Source: Lytechinus pictus
Lineage: Eukaryota
Length of the DNA: 64,000 bases
NCBI RefSeq assembly: GCF_037042905.1
Contig: NC_087248.1
Location: 20,832,001-20,896,000, forward strand
Direction: 5' to 3'
The position numbers were made by a program, and so were the translations under genes. Positions 20,510-32,650 of the stretch are shown here, one piece after another; position 1 is the stretch's first letter, and every line of letters begins with the position of its first letter. The notes below the pieces were generated by a model. The model saw only the letters and a list, made by a program, of their open reading frames with translations. It did not search any database and was not told the DNA's origin.

Positions 20510-21320
20510 ACCTTTTTTTGTTTTCAATTCTTTTTACTTTTCTTGTTGTTTTTCTTCTTTTCTACATCATCTTATTTTTAATCTTCAGTAATAAATCTTC
20601 TTTTTCTTATTTTTTTCTTCTTCCTTTTATTCTCTTCTCCTCCTTCTTTTTCCTCTNNNNNNNNNNNNNNNNNNNNNNNNNNNNNNNNNNNNNNNNNNNN
20701 NNNNNNNNNNNNNNNNNNNNNNNNNNNNNNNNNNNNNNNNNNNNNNNNNNNNNNNNNNNNNNNNNNNNNNNNNNNNNNNNNNNNNNNNNNNNNNNNNNNN
20801 NNNNNNNCTTCTTCTTCTACTTCTTTCTTTTTTCCCTTTCCCCCCCTTTTTTTCTTCCTCTTCTTCTCCTTCTTCCTTTTCTTCATGTTATTTTTCTTCT
20901 CTNNNNNNNNNNNNNNNNNNNNNNNNNNNNNNNNNNNNNNNNNNNNNNNNNNNNNNNNNNNNNNNNNNNNNNNNNNNNNNNNNNNNNNNNNNNNNNNNNN
21001 NNNNNNNNNNNNNNNNNNNNNNNNNNNNNNNNNNNNNNNNNNNNNNNNNNNNNNNNNNNNNNNNNNNNNNNNNNNNNNNNNNNNNNNNNNNNNNNNNNNN
21101 NNNNNNNNNNNNNNNNNNNNNNNNNNNNNNNNNNNNNNNNNNNNNNNNNNNNNNNNNNNNNNNNNNNNNNNNNNNNNNNNNNNNNNNNNNNNNNNNNNNN
21201 NNNNNNNNNNNNNCTCCTTCCTTTTCTTCATGTTATTATATTTCTTCTCTTCTTTATTATCATCATCATCATCATCACCATCATCATCAATCACCACCAC
21301 CACCATTATCATCATCATTA
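20510..21320. repeat. (CTT)n/(CAT)n low-complexity region with two gaps
   Basis: Pyrimidine-rich trinucleotide repeats around N runs. Confidence 0.85.
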
Positions 21321-21585
21321 TCTATCACTAATGTCGCCATTATTGTGATCTGCCCATTATCATTGACTAAGGCATGTTGAGGTTTTAAATAAAAGTGAAT
21401 ACTATACCCCCAATCATGGGTTGTCATCGACTTAGAGGGAAAAGTGGCAACCGGATAAAGAGGAATTAATGTATCTAAAAATATGATATTATGTCCTCTA
21501 TGATTCAACATTCATTGCCATGGCGACTGCCATGATGCAACGCGCGTTAATTGCATCGAACATGTTTTTCGAAGTTGTTAATTAA

Positions 21586-21966
21586 AGTGATTGGCTAACA
21601 TTGGTTTGACTTTAAAAAAAACCTGAGCTAGAAGGTCACACTTGTCACCTGTGTGTGTGTGATATGTTACAAAAATGTAGCACAGAAAATATCGCGTCTG
21701 GAAATCAATATTTGGTGCTTCAAAAAGTGAAATATAAAGTGACCGGAAACACCATCTTAATTTCATCCCATACACTTATGTGTTCTATTTAAGCGTCTTT
21801 AAGACGCCTAATTACAAAATTGGGTTTTGCCTTGTATTTTTAGCTTTTCATTTTCAATAATGGTTGTTTCAGGGTTATTTTAGTTCTAATACATGTACTT
21901 GTACACATGTTTCATCTTGGTTTGAAATTTTTTTAAATCGGCTGCTCACAAAGTTAAATAATACCT
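21586..21966. mobile_element. Kolobok-like MITE
   Basis: TTAA|AGTGATTGGCTAACATTG ... CAAAGTTAAATAATACCT|TTAA, imperfect TIRs. Confidence 0.6.
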
Positions 21967-22703
21967 TTAAGCCATTAATATCTTCGGGGTTCGAGATTGA
22001 ACTAATTGGATAATTTTCTTACGCTCGTCAAAGTATGACAGCAAATTTGTAAAGCTGTTAGAAACGAGATTATTTAGAATTGACGTATGTATAACAATAT
22101 TTATTTATCGTTGTGGAGGCATAATTTGCATGGGTGGTGATCCGGGGGAAGGGGAGGAGTAGTCCTCGAATTTTGAATATGTACAGCAGCCTATGGTGAG
22201 AATCGCCTCACCCCCTCCCCCCCCCCCCCCCGTCCCTTCTAAGAGACCAAAAATCTAACGAAATCTTCTCAGACCTGTTGACTAAAAGGAATAAACTGAA
22301 AAGAAGGAGAAAAAACCCAACAACATTAAAACGCAAAAAGGGTCTAGGAATCACTGCTTGGTCAGTTAGTCCTAATTATGTTTTACCGCGTTCAGACTGT
22401 TCCCCTATGTCATGAATGTTGAGGATGTAGCGGGACATCCTCTAACAAACGCAAAGCGTGGACGCTCGCTCGGACCCCCCCCCCCCCATGAATGCAATTA
22501 TGTTGTGAGGAGAGAGAGAAAGTGATAGGGTCCCACTTTCACAATCACTCAAAATCACTTTCGAAAATGATATTATCCTTGTCGGTATTGCGTTCCAAAT
22601 TATCGAATACTAGTCTGCTGTACATGTCATATGTTTAATTCTGATTGTAAAAAAATCCTTCTTTAGTGATTCACGAACTATATGACTGGTATTTCAGTGT
22701 AAC

Positions 22704-22727
22704 CATGGACCTACTAGTAGGTCCATG
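22704..22727. mobile_element. 24-bp palindromic P-like transposon footprint
   Basis: GTGTAAC|CATGGACCTACTAGTAGGTCCATG|GTGTAAC, 7-bp direct repeat. Confidence 0.75.
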
Positions 22728-23766
22728 GTGTAACTAACATCAAAATGGGATTCGCTTAATTACGAATATGATACGAACAGAGGCGATGCCACAAAGGGCG
22801 AATGGGGGGGGGGGGTAGGAAAGCTGATCCTGGAAAATATGCGATCAATACAAATATCAATCTTTATTCTTTATTGCAACAATATTGCATATTTTACAAA
22901 GTTGGATTATTTACAGATAAAATGGTTGACAATTGTACATTTCACATTTTAAAGATTGATATATTTTTAAAATGACGAGAATATAGTAGGGCCAGAGGAA
23001 AAATGGATGGTGAAAGGGGAAAAAAAGAAGGCAAACACATGACGAGCGTAGAAAATGAAAAAAATCTCATCCTGTAGACTGAATTAACACCCATATCTCT
23101 TAAATGTATTGATGAGAAAAACGCCTATGTCGACTCCCCGCCCCACCCCCTCCTCGAAATTCACCGGCACCCCCTGATACAAACAAACTTGCATATGTAC
23201 CTCGTAACGGCATTGTCAAACATTCTCTGAAAAGTGATGCGTTAATAATATGTCAAAGACAATCACAAGCATTAATAACCTAGCATGATAAAGTGTAAGT
23301 TTAGTGCGATATGGTGTGAGTAAGCCCATTTTTAATGAAATGTCATTTAAAAAGACCTTGTCACACACGTTTCCAGAGTAAGTGGATATAGACCCCGTAA
23401 AACTCAAACCTACATTAGTTTTGACATCTGATACGACCTTGTGCGAAAGCAGCATTCCGTGAAGGACGACAACTGTTGAAATTTTACTAGGTTTTTAAAA
23501 GCCAAGACCACGAGTTCTTGTCCGTTTTTATTCAAGAGTGTATGAAAAGAAATCTGCCACTCATTTTATTACAGCCATTACACAAATTATATTCAATACT
23601 CCATGAGTGGCATGGCAATGGATGGAGGTCGTGCGTTTACTTTAAATCTTCATTTTTAAAAGCTGATTATGATATCATACTTGTATCATATAAGAAAAGA
23701 AGTCCGCAACTAATATCGTCATTTCACACATTATATTGCTCCTTATTGGTGCAGATGGAATCTGTA

Positions 23767-24651
23767 CAGTGGCGTACCGTGGGTCACAGCATTGGGGGTA
23801 ATCATTATACGTATCTGTCTCACTTAACAAACAATGCGAGCGCGAAGCGCGAGCTGAAATTTTTTTATATATTGACCCCAAACAGGGACATTTTAAGGAC
23901 TATTTTTTATGAATTCATAAAGAACATACATATCTTACCATAAAGTCATCTAATTCGAGTGCCAAACGCTTGCTGATTTTGATAGAATTACACCTAAAAC
24001 ACATTAAGTACTTTTTATAGTCATTATAATCATGGACATGATACGTATCTCACTAATCAAGTAATTGCGAGTGCGAAGCGCGAGGTGAAAATTTTTGAAA
24101 TTCAGACCTGAAGAGGGGCATTCTAAGGCTTGTTCGTAGGAAGTTTTGATATTCATACCAGAAAAGGAAACATTTTAAGAACTTTTTTAGGAATTCATGA
24201 AGAGCTGACATATCTCACAAATCCACCAATGCGAACGTAAGCAGGGACTGGAAATGTGTTATATTCAGGCCTCAAACATGTCAAAAGGGGGTAATTACTT
24301 TAAGTAGTCATGAACAAGAAGCATATGTCTCTACATAAAACGATAATAAGTCGAAGTGCAAGGAAATATATTGGGTGTAGATGGACTTGAAACCTGATGT
24401 TTTAGTACACAGGATTATTATCTCATTAAACAGGCAATGCGAGCACCATGAATGATGAACACATAGGCCCTAAGCAAATTATGTTTCAAAAAGTTATGAA
24501 AAAAATATTTCTTATGTAATAATATAATATATATAATACAACATAATATATAATAATATACAATAATGTCTTCTTTCCCCACATTCGTTCTCTTTCTTTC
24601 TACCTATTTTTCTCCTTTCCCAGTGCCCCACCCCCGGGGGGGGGGGCACTG
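23767..24651. mobile_element. hAT-like non-autonomous element with GCGAGCGCGAAGCGCGAGC repeats
   Basis: CAGTGGCGTAC...GCACTG ends; imperfect 8-bp TSD AATCTGTA/ACTCCGTA; internal motifs shared with 55790-59115. Confidence 0.65.
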
Positions 24652-24911
24652 ACTCCGTATCTCTAGAGACTGCAAAACTCTCGTTTCGTTTTACCGCGTT
24701 CTTATAATTTTCTCTTAAAAATACTTTCTTTTTTTAATCACACGAGAACGAGCTGCAAAACTGCCAACCCATCAGCTCAACACAATGTATTAATCACTAC
24801 TAATCTGTGATATTGTTTGCTGAATGTGCCTATTAGTAGTCTACAACCCCCACAAGTCGGCAATTAGCGTAGCGATGGCTAATTTGCTCTCTCTCCAAAG
24901 AACTGTAATCT

Positions 24912-25040
24912 GGGTCCCGTAACACAAAGGTTAGCGATTAATCGGACGCTTGATTTTTACGATTGATTGTACATTGTTGTCAATGCAATCAATCGTTAAA
25001 AAATGTTCTACGATCATTGCTAAGCTTTGTGTCATGGGCC
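24912..25040. mobile_element. Harbinger-like MITE just upstream of the GPCR (related copy at 52229-52357)
   Basis: GGGTCCCGTAACACAAAGGTTAGC ... GCTAAGCTTTGTGTCATGGGCC inverted ends. Confidence 0.6.
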
Positions 25041-25191
25041 TCTGGTGTGACTTCGGGGGACGTCAGCGCTTCTCTTTGATTTTGGTTGCCATAGTTACGG
25101 GAGTAATGTTTACATGATACAGCGGAGTAAGCAGTCACTCGATCATTACAGCTTCCTAACATACCAAACTTAACATCGTCTTCACGACACC

Positions 25192-26166
25192 ATGTTGACA
25201 GCGTCTACCAATGGAACATCGTCGCCGACTTGGTCGTGGGATGCGATTGATTGGGGCGATTGGTACACACTGCTTCAGTTAGTTCCTGCATGTTTAGGAT
25301 GTCTTGGCAACCTAGTGGTCATGGCTATCCTGTTTCCACGAAAGTCACAGAATAGATCTACAGACACCCTGATCGGCCATCTTGCTGTGGCCGACTTCCT
25401 AACATCAGTGTTTCTTCTACCAATCCCTTCGGTTAGGAATGTTCCCCAGAACTGGGCTGGGTTCTTATATTGTGGCTTCATACATACAAAGAGCTGCCGT
25501 CTGGTATGCATCTTCTCCTCGATTTACATACTCGTCGTTATCTGTTGCGATCGCTACGTTGCGGTTGTCTACCCTCTGCAGTTCAATCGTTGGCTCACGA
25601 GAGGGCACTGCACCTTGTCCATTGCTCTCACCTGGCTGGTATCCTCCGTAGGCCAATTCACAGCGACTTTCACCACTCTGGATATATCAAAGAGCGTTTG
25701 CAGGTTGTCGTCAGGGTATTATAGTCGGGTCATCGGTGGTTCTCTGAATTTCTTCTTTGTTTTCGCTTTACCCGCCCTGGCCATGCTCACCTTACAACTC
25801 ATTGTTGCCCATAAGTTGCTCCGGAAGTCCCGACGTTTCAACTCCGCAATGAATGGCCCATCTGGTATCCCTTCTTTTCACTTGGTTGCACGACGGAAGG
25901 TGCTGAAGTTGACGGCCATCGTAGTCGCCATATTTGTGACCACCGTTGGCCCCAACCAAATAAGTTACTACTGCTACAACGTCGGGATGTTGCCTCGGGA
26001 ATACCTTTCGGGAGAGTTTCATCGCTTCACATTTCTTCTCGCTTGCTACAACTCGTGCGCCAACCCATTTATATACGCCTCACAGAACAAGAAGTTCAGG
26101 GAAGCATTTTTGAACATGTGGCCGATATGGAAAAGGCCCAAGTCTCGTGACCTTCCTATATTTTAA
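25192..26166 (+). CDS. Intronless rhodopsin-family (class A) GPCR, 324 aa, peptide-receptor-like/lineage-expanded type
   Basis: Seven hydrophobic segments; N-terminal N-glycosylation sequon NGT; GN in TM1 (LGNLVV); LAVAD in TM2; TM3 Cys and CDRY motif; W in TM4; P in TM5; NSCANPFIY (NPxxY); helix 8 KKFREAF. Confidence 0.9.
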   Translation: MLTASTNGTSSPTWSWDAIDWGDWYTLLQLVPACLGCLGNLVVMAILFPRKSQNRSTDTLIGHLAVADFLTSVFLLPIPSVRNVPQNWAGFLYCGFIHTKSCRLVCIFSSIYILVVICCDRYVAVVYPLQFNRWLTRGHCTLSIALTWLVSSVGQFTATFTTLDISKSVCRLSSGYYSRVIGGSLNFFFVFALPALAMLTLQLIVAHKLLRKSRRFNSAMNGPSGIPSFHLVARRKVLKLTAIVVAIFVTTVGPNQISYYCYNVGMLPREYLSGEFHRFTFLLACYNSCANPFIYASQNKKFREAFLNMWPIWKRPKSRDLPIF

Positions 26167-27134
26167 ACACTTATCATAATCATTGGATTAACACTTTCTG
26201 TTCCAGTGTTACGAACATTATCCATGACTAAATTTTGTTCGCTATATAGTACTTTAAAAATAATCTTTAAACTTGAGATGTTCGTAAAGTATCAAAGAGT
26301 ACCGTATACTGTATTTTGATATTTTTATTGAATGATTTACATTCTCTGGTATAAACCCCAATCATTCTCAAAAAGGAATAATAATCCAATAGAATCATAA
26401 ACATTTATAAACTGAAACGATTAATTTTCACAACGGAAATTATACGATCTGCCAAGTGGCATACGAAACATTTGATATAACATGCATGAATATAAACATT
26501 TCTGTACAAAAATGTTGTCCATACGCAGTGTGATCGAGGGGGGGGGGGGGTGTGGGCTTTGGACGAAGGGTTGGGTTCGCGTCAACGCGACGATACCCAC
26601 CCTTTCTGTACAGACAGTTGAGGTCTAATCACTATAACAATGATATGAAGAAAAGAAGATAGCCATTGCTCCCTCTAGACTGGAGCCAAGAGCGGACACA
26701 CATTTGACGCAATGATTAAATATCATTTAAAGGGGTTTTGTTTATTTGTTGCTGTCGTTATTGCTTTTTCGATCGGTATTTCGCTAATAAAACAAAGTAA
26801 ACTCTGCTATCTCATATTATTCCGCTGTTTTACTCTTGTTTGACGTTTTACACACACCAATTTTGGACACAGAAACTATATTTTTGTTTGTGTGCATGGG
26901 GTCAGCACTCGTGTGTGCGTGTGATATAGACATACTAGAGAGAGAGAGAGAGAGAGAGAGAGATCATCGACCGATCTCTGAGCGGCCAGCGGCCGGCGCG
27001 CCGCGGCGACCGCCGGTGACCGCTCGATCCAACAAGTTCAAGTTTTGATCTGTTTCTGTTTATGGTAACTCCCGTAGGAACCCGGAAGAACAGCGTTTTG
27101 CTGGTAAACGCCAAGCTGGTATATAACAAATAAC

Positions 27135-27305
27135 CTAGGAAACATTTTACGTCTAGGTTAATCAGTCATAGTGGCTGACGTTATAGACGACATGTATTAC
27201 TCTCGGGTCTTTTTATCAAAGTGAAGACAATGGCAGAGTAGGGATTCGAACTCTCAACCTTGCGATTATGAGTCCAATGCTCTAACCACTGGACCATACG
27301 ACCCG
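27135..27305 (-). mobile_element. tRNA-derived SINE
   Basis: Minus strand GGGTCGTATGGTCCAGTGGTTAGAGC...GAGTTCGAATCCC with A and B boxes; acceptor stem does not pair. Confidence 0.7.
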
Positions 27306-27554
27306 TGTGGACCTAATTCGATTACGTCGGCTCCCGGACGGCGACTACCAGGGCACCAAGCGTACTTAGGGCGGCGAGTGAAAAGTGAGCAGGCGCCACC
27401 AGGATTTCAACTCCGCGCTAAATCTTGAGCAGCGACCGAGCGATATCCAAACCAGTGGTGCCCGGCCGGCCACCGTTCGGTACACGGGCGAAATCAGCTA
27501 AAAACTCTCGGTCGCCGAGCACGCTAATTTTGGGGGTCGTGACCTTAGTCAAAG

Positions 27555-27670
27555 TGTGGACTGTGGATTGATGCCTTGCCAAAGGACGCTAGGCCATGGT
27601 TGGATTCGAACACACGACCCTATCTTATTACAAGCCGAGAGTCAGAACCGCTACACCACGGCGCTCCCAC
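27555..27670 (-). mobile_element. tRNA-derived SINE head (3'-truncated)
   Basis: GTGGTGTAGCGG A box, GTTCGAATCC B box, then CATGGC..CCTT.GGCAAG as in 36400-36506. Confidence 0.7.
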
Positions 27671-27911
27671 TAAAAATATAATTAGAATGTAAATCATTCA
27701 AGGTATTGAAATCTATCAAGTTCCCCTTTTTTCGGGATACAGGAAGCAGTGGAGAATTTTCACATAAATTATTTAACGGACCTCAATGTAGTCATGCGAT
27801 TCTTTGACGGATTGGCCCTCTATCGGCTTTGATTGTCCATTGTCGACAATTCATAGCATGAAGCCCAGTCACATAATAGACACTGACTCCAAATCGATTA
27901 ATCGACTGATG

Positions 27912-28157
27912 CACTGCAAAAACTCCGGTGTTGATTAACACCAACCCAGAATCTATAAATTATGTCCACACCAGAGAAGTATTGAAACAACACCAGTTTG
28001 AAATCAAACCGATGCTGTTCTAATACTAACTGGTGTTGTATAAACACCTATGGTGTTAGACCAAAACGAAACTGGTGTTAATTGTTTAACACTTCTCTGG
28101 TGTGGACATATATAGATTCCGGGCTGGTGTTAAATCAACACCAGAGTTTTTGCAGTG
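27912..28157. mobile_element. CACT-type (EnSpm/CACTA-like) MITE
   Basis: CACTGCAAAAACTC..GTGTTGATT / AATCAACAC..GAGTTTTTGCAGTG long TIRs; 2-bp TSD TG. Confidence 0.85.
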
Positions 28158-28172
28158 TGGTTCTGCCAATGC

Positions 28173-28770
28173 GGAGGTGCCGTGGCCGAGTGGTCTAAAG
28201 GCGACCGCACACCTTATGATTGGTCTGCGACCCGATTGCAGAATAAAATGTAGTATAATTTGATGCTAATATTGAGACTTGGAATATCTTACTATGTAAT
28301 GTTCTAAATCATCGTACGAATACCTATGTACAAATCTGTGACTATGCTATCATCCTTCTTAGAATAAAAGCGAATTTAATATCTAGTCGTAATGACGTCA
28401 TAGCAGTCGTACGATTGGCTACGATTTGAAACTAATTTGGCCTTTACTCCAAAATAAAGGCTTGTAGTCTTTCAAAATGGTTATATTAGTATTCTTTCAA
28501 TTAATTTTAACCTTAAATAAAATGATATGTTCCATTCACATTTTCAGAAAATGAGCAAAATGCGATTTGTTCCAAAATCGGATTGCGAACAGTCGTAAGG
28601 TGTGCGGTGGCCTTAAGGCGCTTGACTATACATTGGAGGTCCGGGGGTTCGATCCCCGGCCGCGGCTTCTACGCCTTCGCTCGTGAGCGAGGGATGCTCT
28701 TTTATCCTGTATTTAAATAAATGGAAACGCAACTCTTCCTGGTAACTAGGTGAGCATTGTTTAAAAAAAA
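28173..28770 (+). mobile_element. tRNA-derived SINE split by a MITE
   Basis: A box GTGGCCGAGTGG at about 28182 and B box GGTTCGATCCCC at about 28646 become contiguous when 28199-28616 is removed. Confidence 0.75.
28199..28613. mobile_element. PIF/Harbinger-like MITE (partial second copy 34775-34862)
   Basis: AGGCGACCGCACACCTTA ... TAAGGTGTGCGGTGGCCT TIRs; 3-bp TSD TAA. Confidence 0.85.
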
Positions 28771-29436
28771 TGATTAGCGTACTATAGAGAACCGAAGCGA
28801 TGACGTAAGTTGCCATGGTAGTCCAGTCAATATAGGGTTTGACCCACCACTAATTGCAACACGAGATATTCCACTGCAATGCTTTCAAGGAAGGTCCCCT
28901 AAACAACATACTAAAAGTCCCAAGAAATCCAAGCAGTGGAAATTTATGAAATTTGCATATTATGCAAATTAGCCATAAAAAGTTAGAAAAATAAGGAAAA
29001 TAGCCCAAAGATTACAAATTGAGTGTCCAAAACAATTCAATTTGAGCGAAAATTCATGATAAATAACTGTATTCAATGTTTTTTGTCAAAAGTGCAAAAA
29101 AATCTACCTCATTTGCATAATATGCAAATAAGCATCCTTATATGGAAAAATGTCAAGGTATTGTGATTTTTCTCTCATTATCTGCTTGAAAATTTCATTA
29201 ATGTTGGAATTTACATGCTGCAATCACTAAGGACTTTGAATACATTTGTATTCAGCTTGGTGTCTGTAGTGTAATTTGCATATTATGCAAATAAAAGTAT
29301 CTAACATGTTATAAATATTCAAGAAAACACACCGGTGATACATCCCTAAAAAATTGCAAGTATATTATCTATTGAAATTGGAATATGGCAATACCTTACA
29401 GGAAGGTTTCCTAAACACCATATTAAAAGTCCTTAA

Positions 29437-30019
29437 AGGAGAATGAAACCCTTGAAACCAGCTGAATCCATATCAAAGAGAAAAATCAAAGAAACATATT
29501 GTTGAAAGTTTGAGGAAGATTGAATGAATAATAAGAAAGTTATGAGCATTCGAATATTGAGATCACTAGTGCCATGTAGATCCTCCCAACGGCAATGCGA
29601 CCAAGATCTGTGATATCACACACGTACAACTCCCTCATTACTTTAGTACTTATTTCACTTATATTCTCACTTTTATAGAGTCTATCACAAGGTGAGGTGT
29701 TCTCTTTATGAGATGACAAGTACAGAGGTTTCACAACATTATATCATTGATGAATCGTTTGTCATATGATTAGAATGAGCAAAAAGAGATGTTTTGGGGT
29801 ATATTTTCAGTGTCCAAATGGGAGAGTTGTACGTGTGTGACATCACAGATCTTGGTCGCATTGCCAATGGGAGGATCTCCATAGCATTAGTGATCTCGAC
29901 ATTCAAATGCTCATAACTCTTTTATTGCTAGTCCTATTTTACTCAAAGTTTTGTTGATCTTATTCTTTGATTTTTCTGCTTTCACAAAAGCTAACTTGCT
30001 CCAAGGGTTTCATTCTCCT
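29437..30019. mobile_element. Kolobok-like MITE family A, full length, nested in the Academ-like element
   Basis: TTAA|AGGAGAATGAAACCCTTG ... CAAGGGTTTCATTCTCCT|TTAA. Confidence 0.9.
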
Positions 30020-30769
30020 TTAAATATACAAGCATATGGAAAATCACAAAATTTGCATATTATGCAAATTAGCAATAATAAATTACAAATAAGGAAAATA
30101 ATCAAAATATTGGAAATCAAGTGCAGAAATCAATACGAATTGAACTGAAGCCCATGATAAGTTTTACAAATTTATTTATTTTCAAATGAAAAAAAAAAAT
30201 CGTAAATAAATCTACCTCATTTGCATATATATGAGCATCTTTATATGGAAAAAAATCAAGAAATTTTTATTTTTCTCACAAAAACAGTTATGAAAACATT
30301 TCAGTCTAGATCAATATGATGTGATCACTAAGAATGGCTAATACATTAATAATCAGCTTAATATCTGAAGTGTAATTTACATATTATGCAAATAAGCATC
30401 CGACATGTTATAAATATTCAAGGAACCACATAAGTGATACTTTCCTCTAAAATTCCATGTAGATTATGTGTATTAACCATGATGACCTTCCCTACACTTC
30501 TTGCTTGGTTGATATTGACTTTTGTCAGGAGCAGTTACCCCACTCATATTGTACAATGAGGAGTCCATTCTACATGGATCCCACTCCTTGAATGCTTCAT
30601 TATTTCCATCCAAGTCTTGCTCTCTTCTTGACTTTGTAGAGACTTTGCGTTTCTTGCGAGTATAGTTCACGCTAGCAACTCCTGGATTGCCAAGTGATCA
30701 GCACAAGATGTCACACCCGTACAAATAAAAGCCCATTAGCTTCGAATATTTGGTCCTTGTAGCACACCT

Positions 30770-31243
30770 ATTCGCTTATAAACTTGGGGTCCTTGTATTC
30801 AAAGCGCTTAACGATAAATCTCCACCCTACATCTCAGAGCTCTTATCTCAGCATAGACCAACACGCAGTCTCAGATCAGCAGCTCAAGCATTGCTGAGGG
30901 AATCTCTCAGCCACACAACCTGGGGTGACAGAGCCTTCTACATCTCTGGACCAAAGCTGTGGAATAGCCTTCCCCAATTTATCAGGAGAGCAGAGACACA
31001 ATCAACTTTTGAGTCTTACCTGAAGACCTTTCTGTTCCCCACTCCAACATTATCCCAAGACAAGAATAACTCAATTGTAGCATTACTAGGACAGTACTTG
31101 AACTGAATGATGATCTAAGCACTGTTTGAAGACATTGAAATTTGTGAGATATTTCCTATTTTTGAGCAAGCGCCATGAGCGCCCAGCTGAGGCGGATACC
31201 GGCGCTTTACAAGAACCCATCATCATCATCATCATCATCATCA
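30770..31243 (+). mobile_element. 5'-truncated L2/CR1-group LINE 3' end
   Basis: YKLGVLVFKALNDKSPPYISELL..RSLRS..GDRAFYISGPKLWNSLP..LKTFLF is typical of the ORF2 C-terminus; followed by a stem-loop tail and (CAT)n. Confidence 0.8.
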
Positions 31244-32249
31244 CTTGTCTTGGTGGTGAATATGAGTACTTGCTTGGATCACAAGATCTCTGGGCATGCT
31301 TAATAAGAGTAACAATGGGCATTTGCCTATACGAGCGACATGAAAGCCATTCATAAATTCATGCTGAAGGCTTAGAGTGCATTATAGGCATCTTTCTCAG
31401 ATACAGGAATCGTGATTAGACGTTCTTGCTGAATCCAGTTGCTGCTTCATGATGAAGCATCCATTTTCTGTTCTTTCCTCTTTGATCTCCTATGGCAACC
31501 ATCTCCAAATATTAAAGCTATAGTTTCTAAGTAAGTCGTATGCAAATAATAATATTAATTTCCTGATATTTATGGTAAACAGAAATTCCTCAGTGAGACA
31601 ATGAACAAACCTGATGGAGGACTAAGCCAGATTATTGCCTTTCCAACAAGAGGACACAACATAATGGAACACCCTTAACATCACCATCAAATACCATCCA
31701 ACATTGATTAGATAGTGTGTACCACTTCCAGGATTTATTTGCCACAATGTGCTACTCATGGGTATACTGTGAGGTTGTCCAGAGGAATGAACATTTTATG
31801 GTACAACTAAGGACGTTCTTCTGGAGGAATGCTGACTTTGATAGTGTCATGCAGATGTACTTTGGACAATCATATATACAACTCTCTGTACTGAAATCCG
31901 ACAAGTCGAGCATAGGAGACTGAATGCCAATCAAGAGGACTTTAACAGGAACACACCGTTAACCATGTCTTCTTCCGACACAAGTTGCCTCAATGAGACA
32001 ATGGACATAAGTTGTGTCGGAAGATGTCAAGAGTTTTAGAGAAAGGCTAGGAAGGCTTGCACATTTTAGAGCTCCAAAACCATCAGTAAGGTAAAGCTCA
32101 GAATTGCTACAATGCATTAAAGAGGACCATAAGAGGGTTTGTAGACAAGCCTATAATACATAATTTGTTGACCGGATTGACAATGATCCAGGCTGTAACA
32201 ATTAGCATGTTGGAAGCCCTTAATATCTATAGCTATGACTACATTGGAA

Positions 32250-32650
32250 TATCATTATTAAAGGAAGGCAAACATTTTTAGTCTTAGTATTCACCACTGA
32301 TCATGATGATGATGACGCTGAAGTCCTGGGACCCAGTCCTGACCCAGATATGGCCAGATAACATATTGTTTAGTCAAGCAGGTGTAGCCAGACTACTGAA
32401 GAAAATGTTAAAGAAAACCTGCATGAAGCTACTAGGCCAGACGGAATCTCTGCTGCACTTCTTAATGAGACTACTCATCAGATCTTACCTGCCATAAGTT
32501 TGCTTTTCCTGGCCTCACTTTATCATGTTTATGCGGTGAAATTTCAAGAAAGTCTAAGTCGTTCCCATCCACATAAGAAAGGGTTGTCAACTCTAACAAA
32601 CTACACACCAATTCAAATACTGTGCTTTGTTCTTGCCAATCCCATCATCT
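32250..32650 (+). pseudogene. Degraded LINE ORF2 fragment (pre-RT region)
   Basis: Frameshifted KATRPDGISAALLNETTHQILPAISLLF..KKG..NYTPI resembles the KAxGPDGI...KKG...NYRPIS motif series. Confidence 0.55.

Noticed and set aside
27232-27304. Possible tRNA-Met gene (CAT anticodon loop) and other tRNA-like heads
   Set aside because: Acceptor stems do not pair and the heads continue into SINE bodies or tails.
30473-30670. Short basic ORF as Academ transposase remnant
   Set aside because: Too short with no diagnostic motif; would need tBLASTx support.
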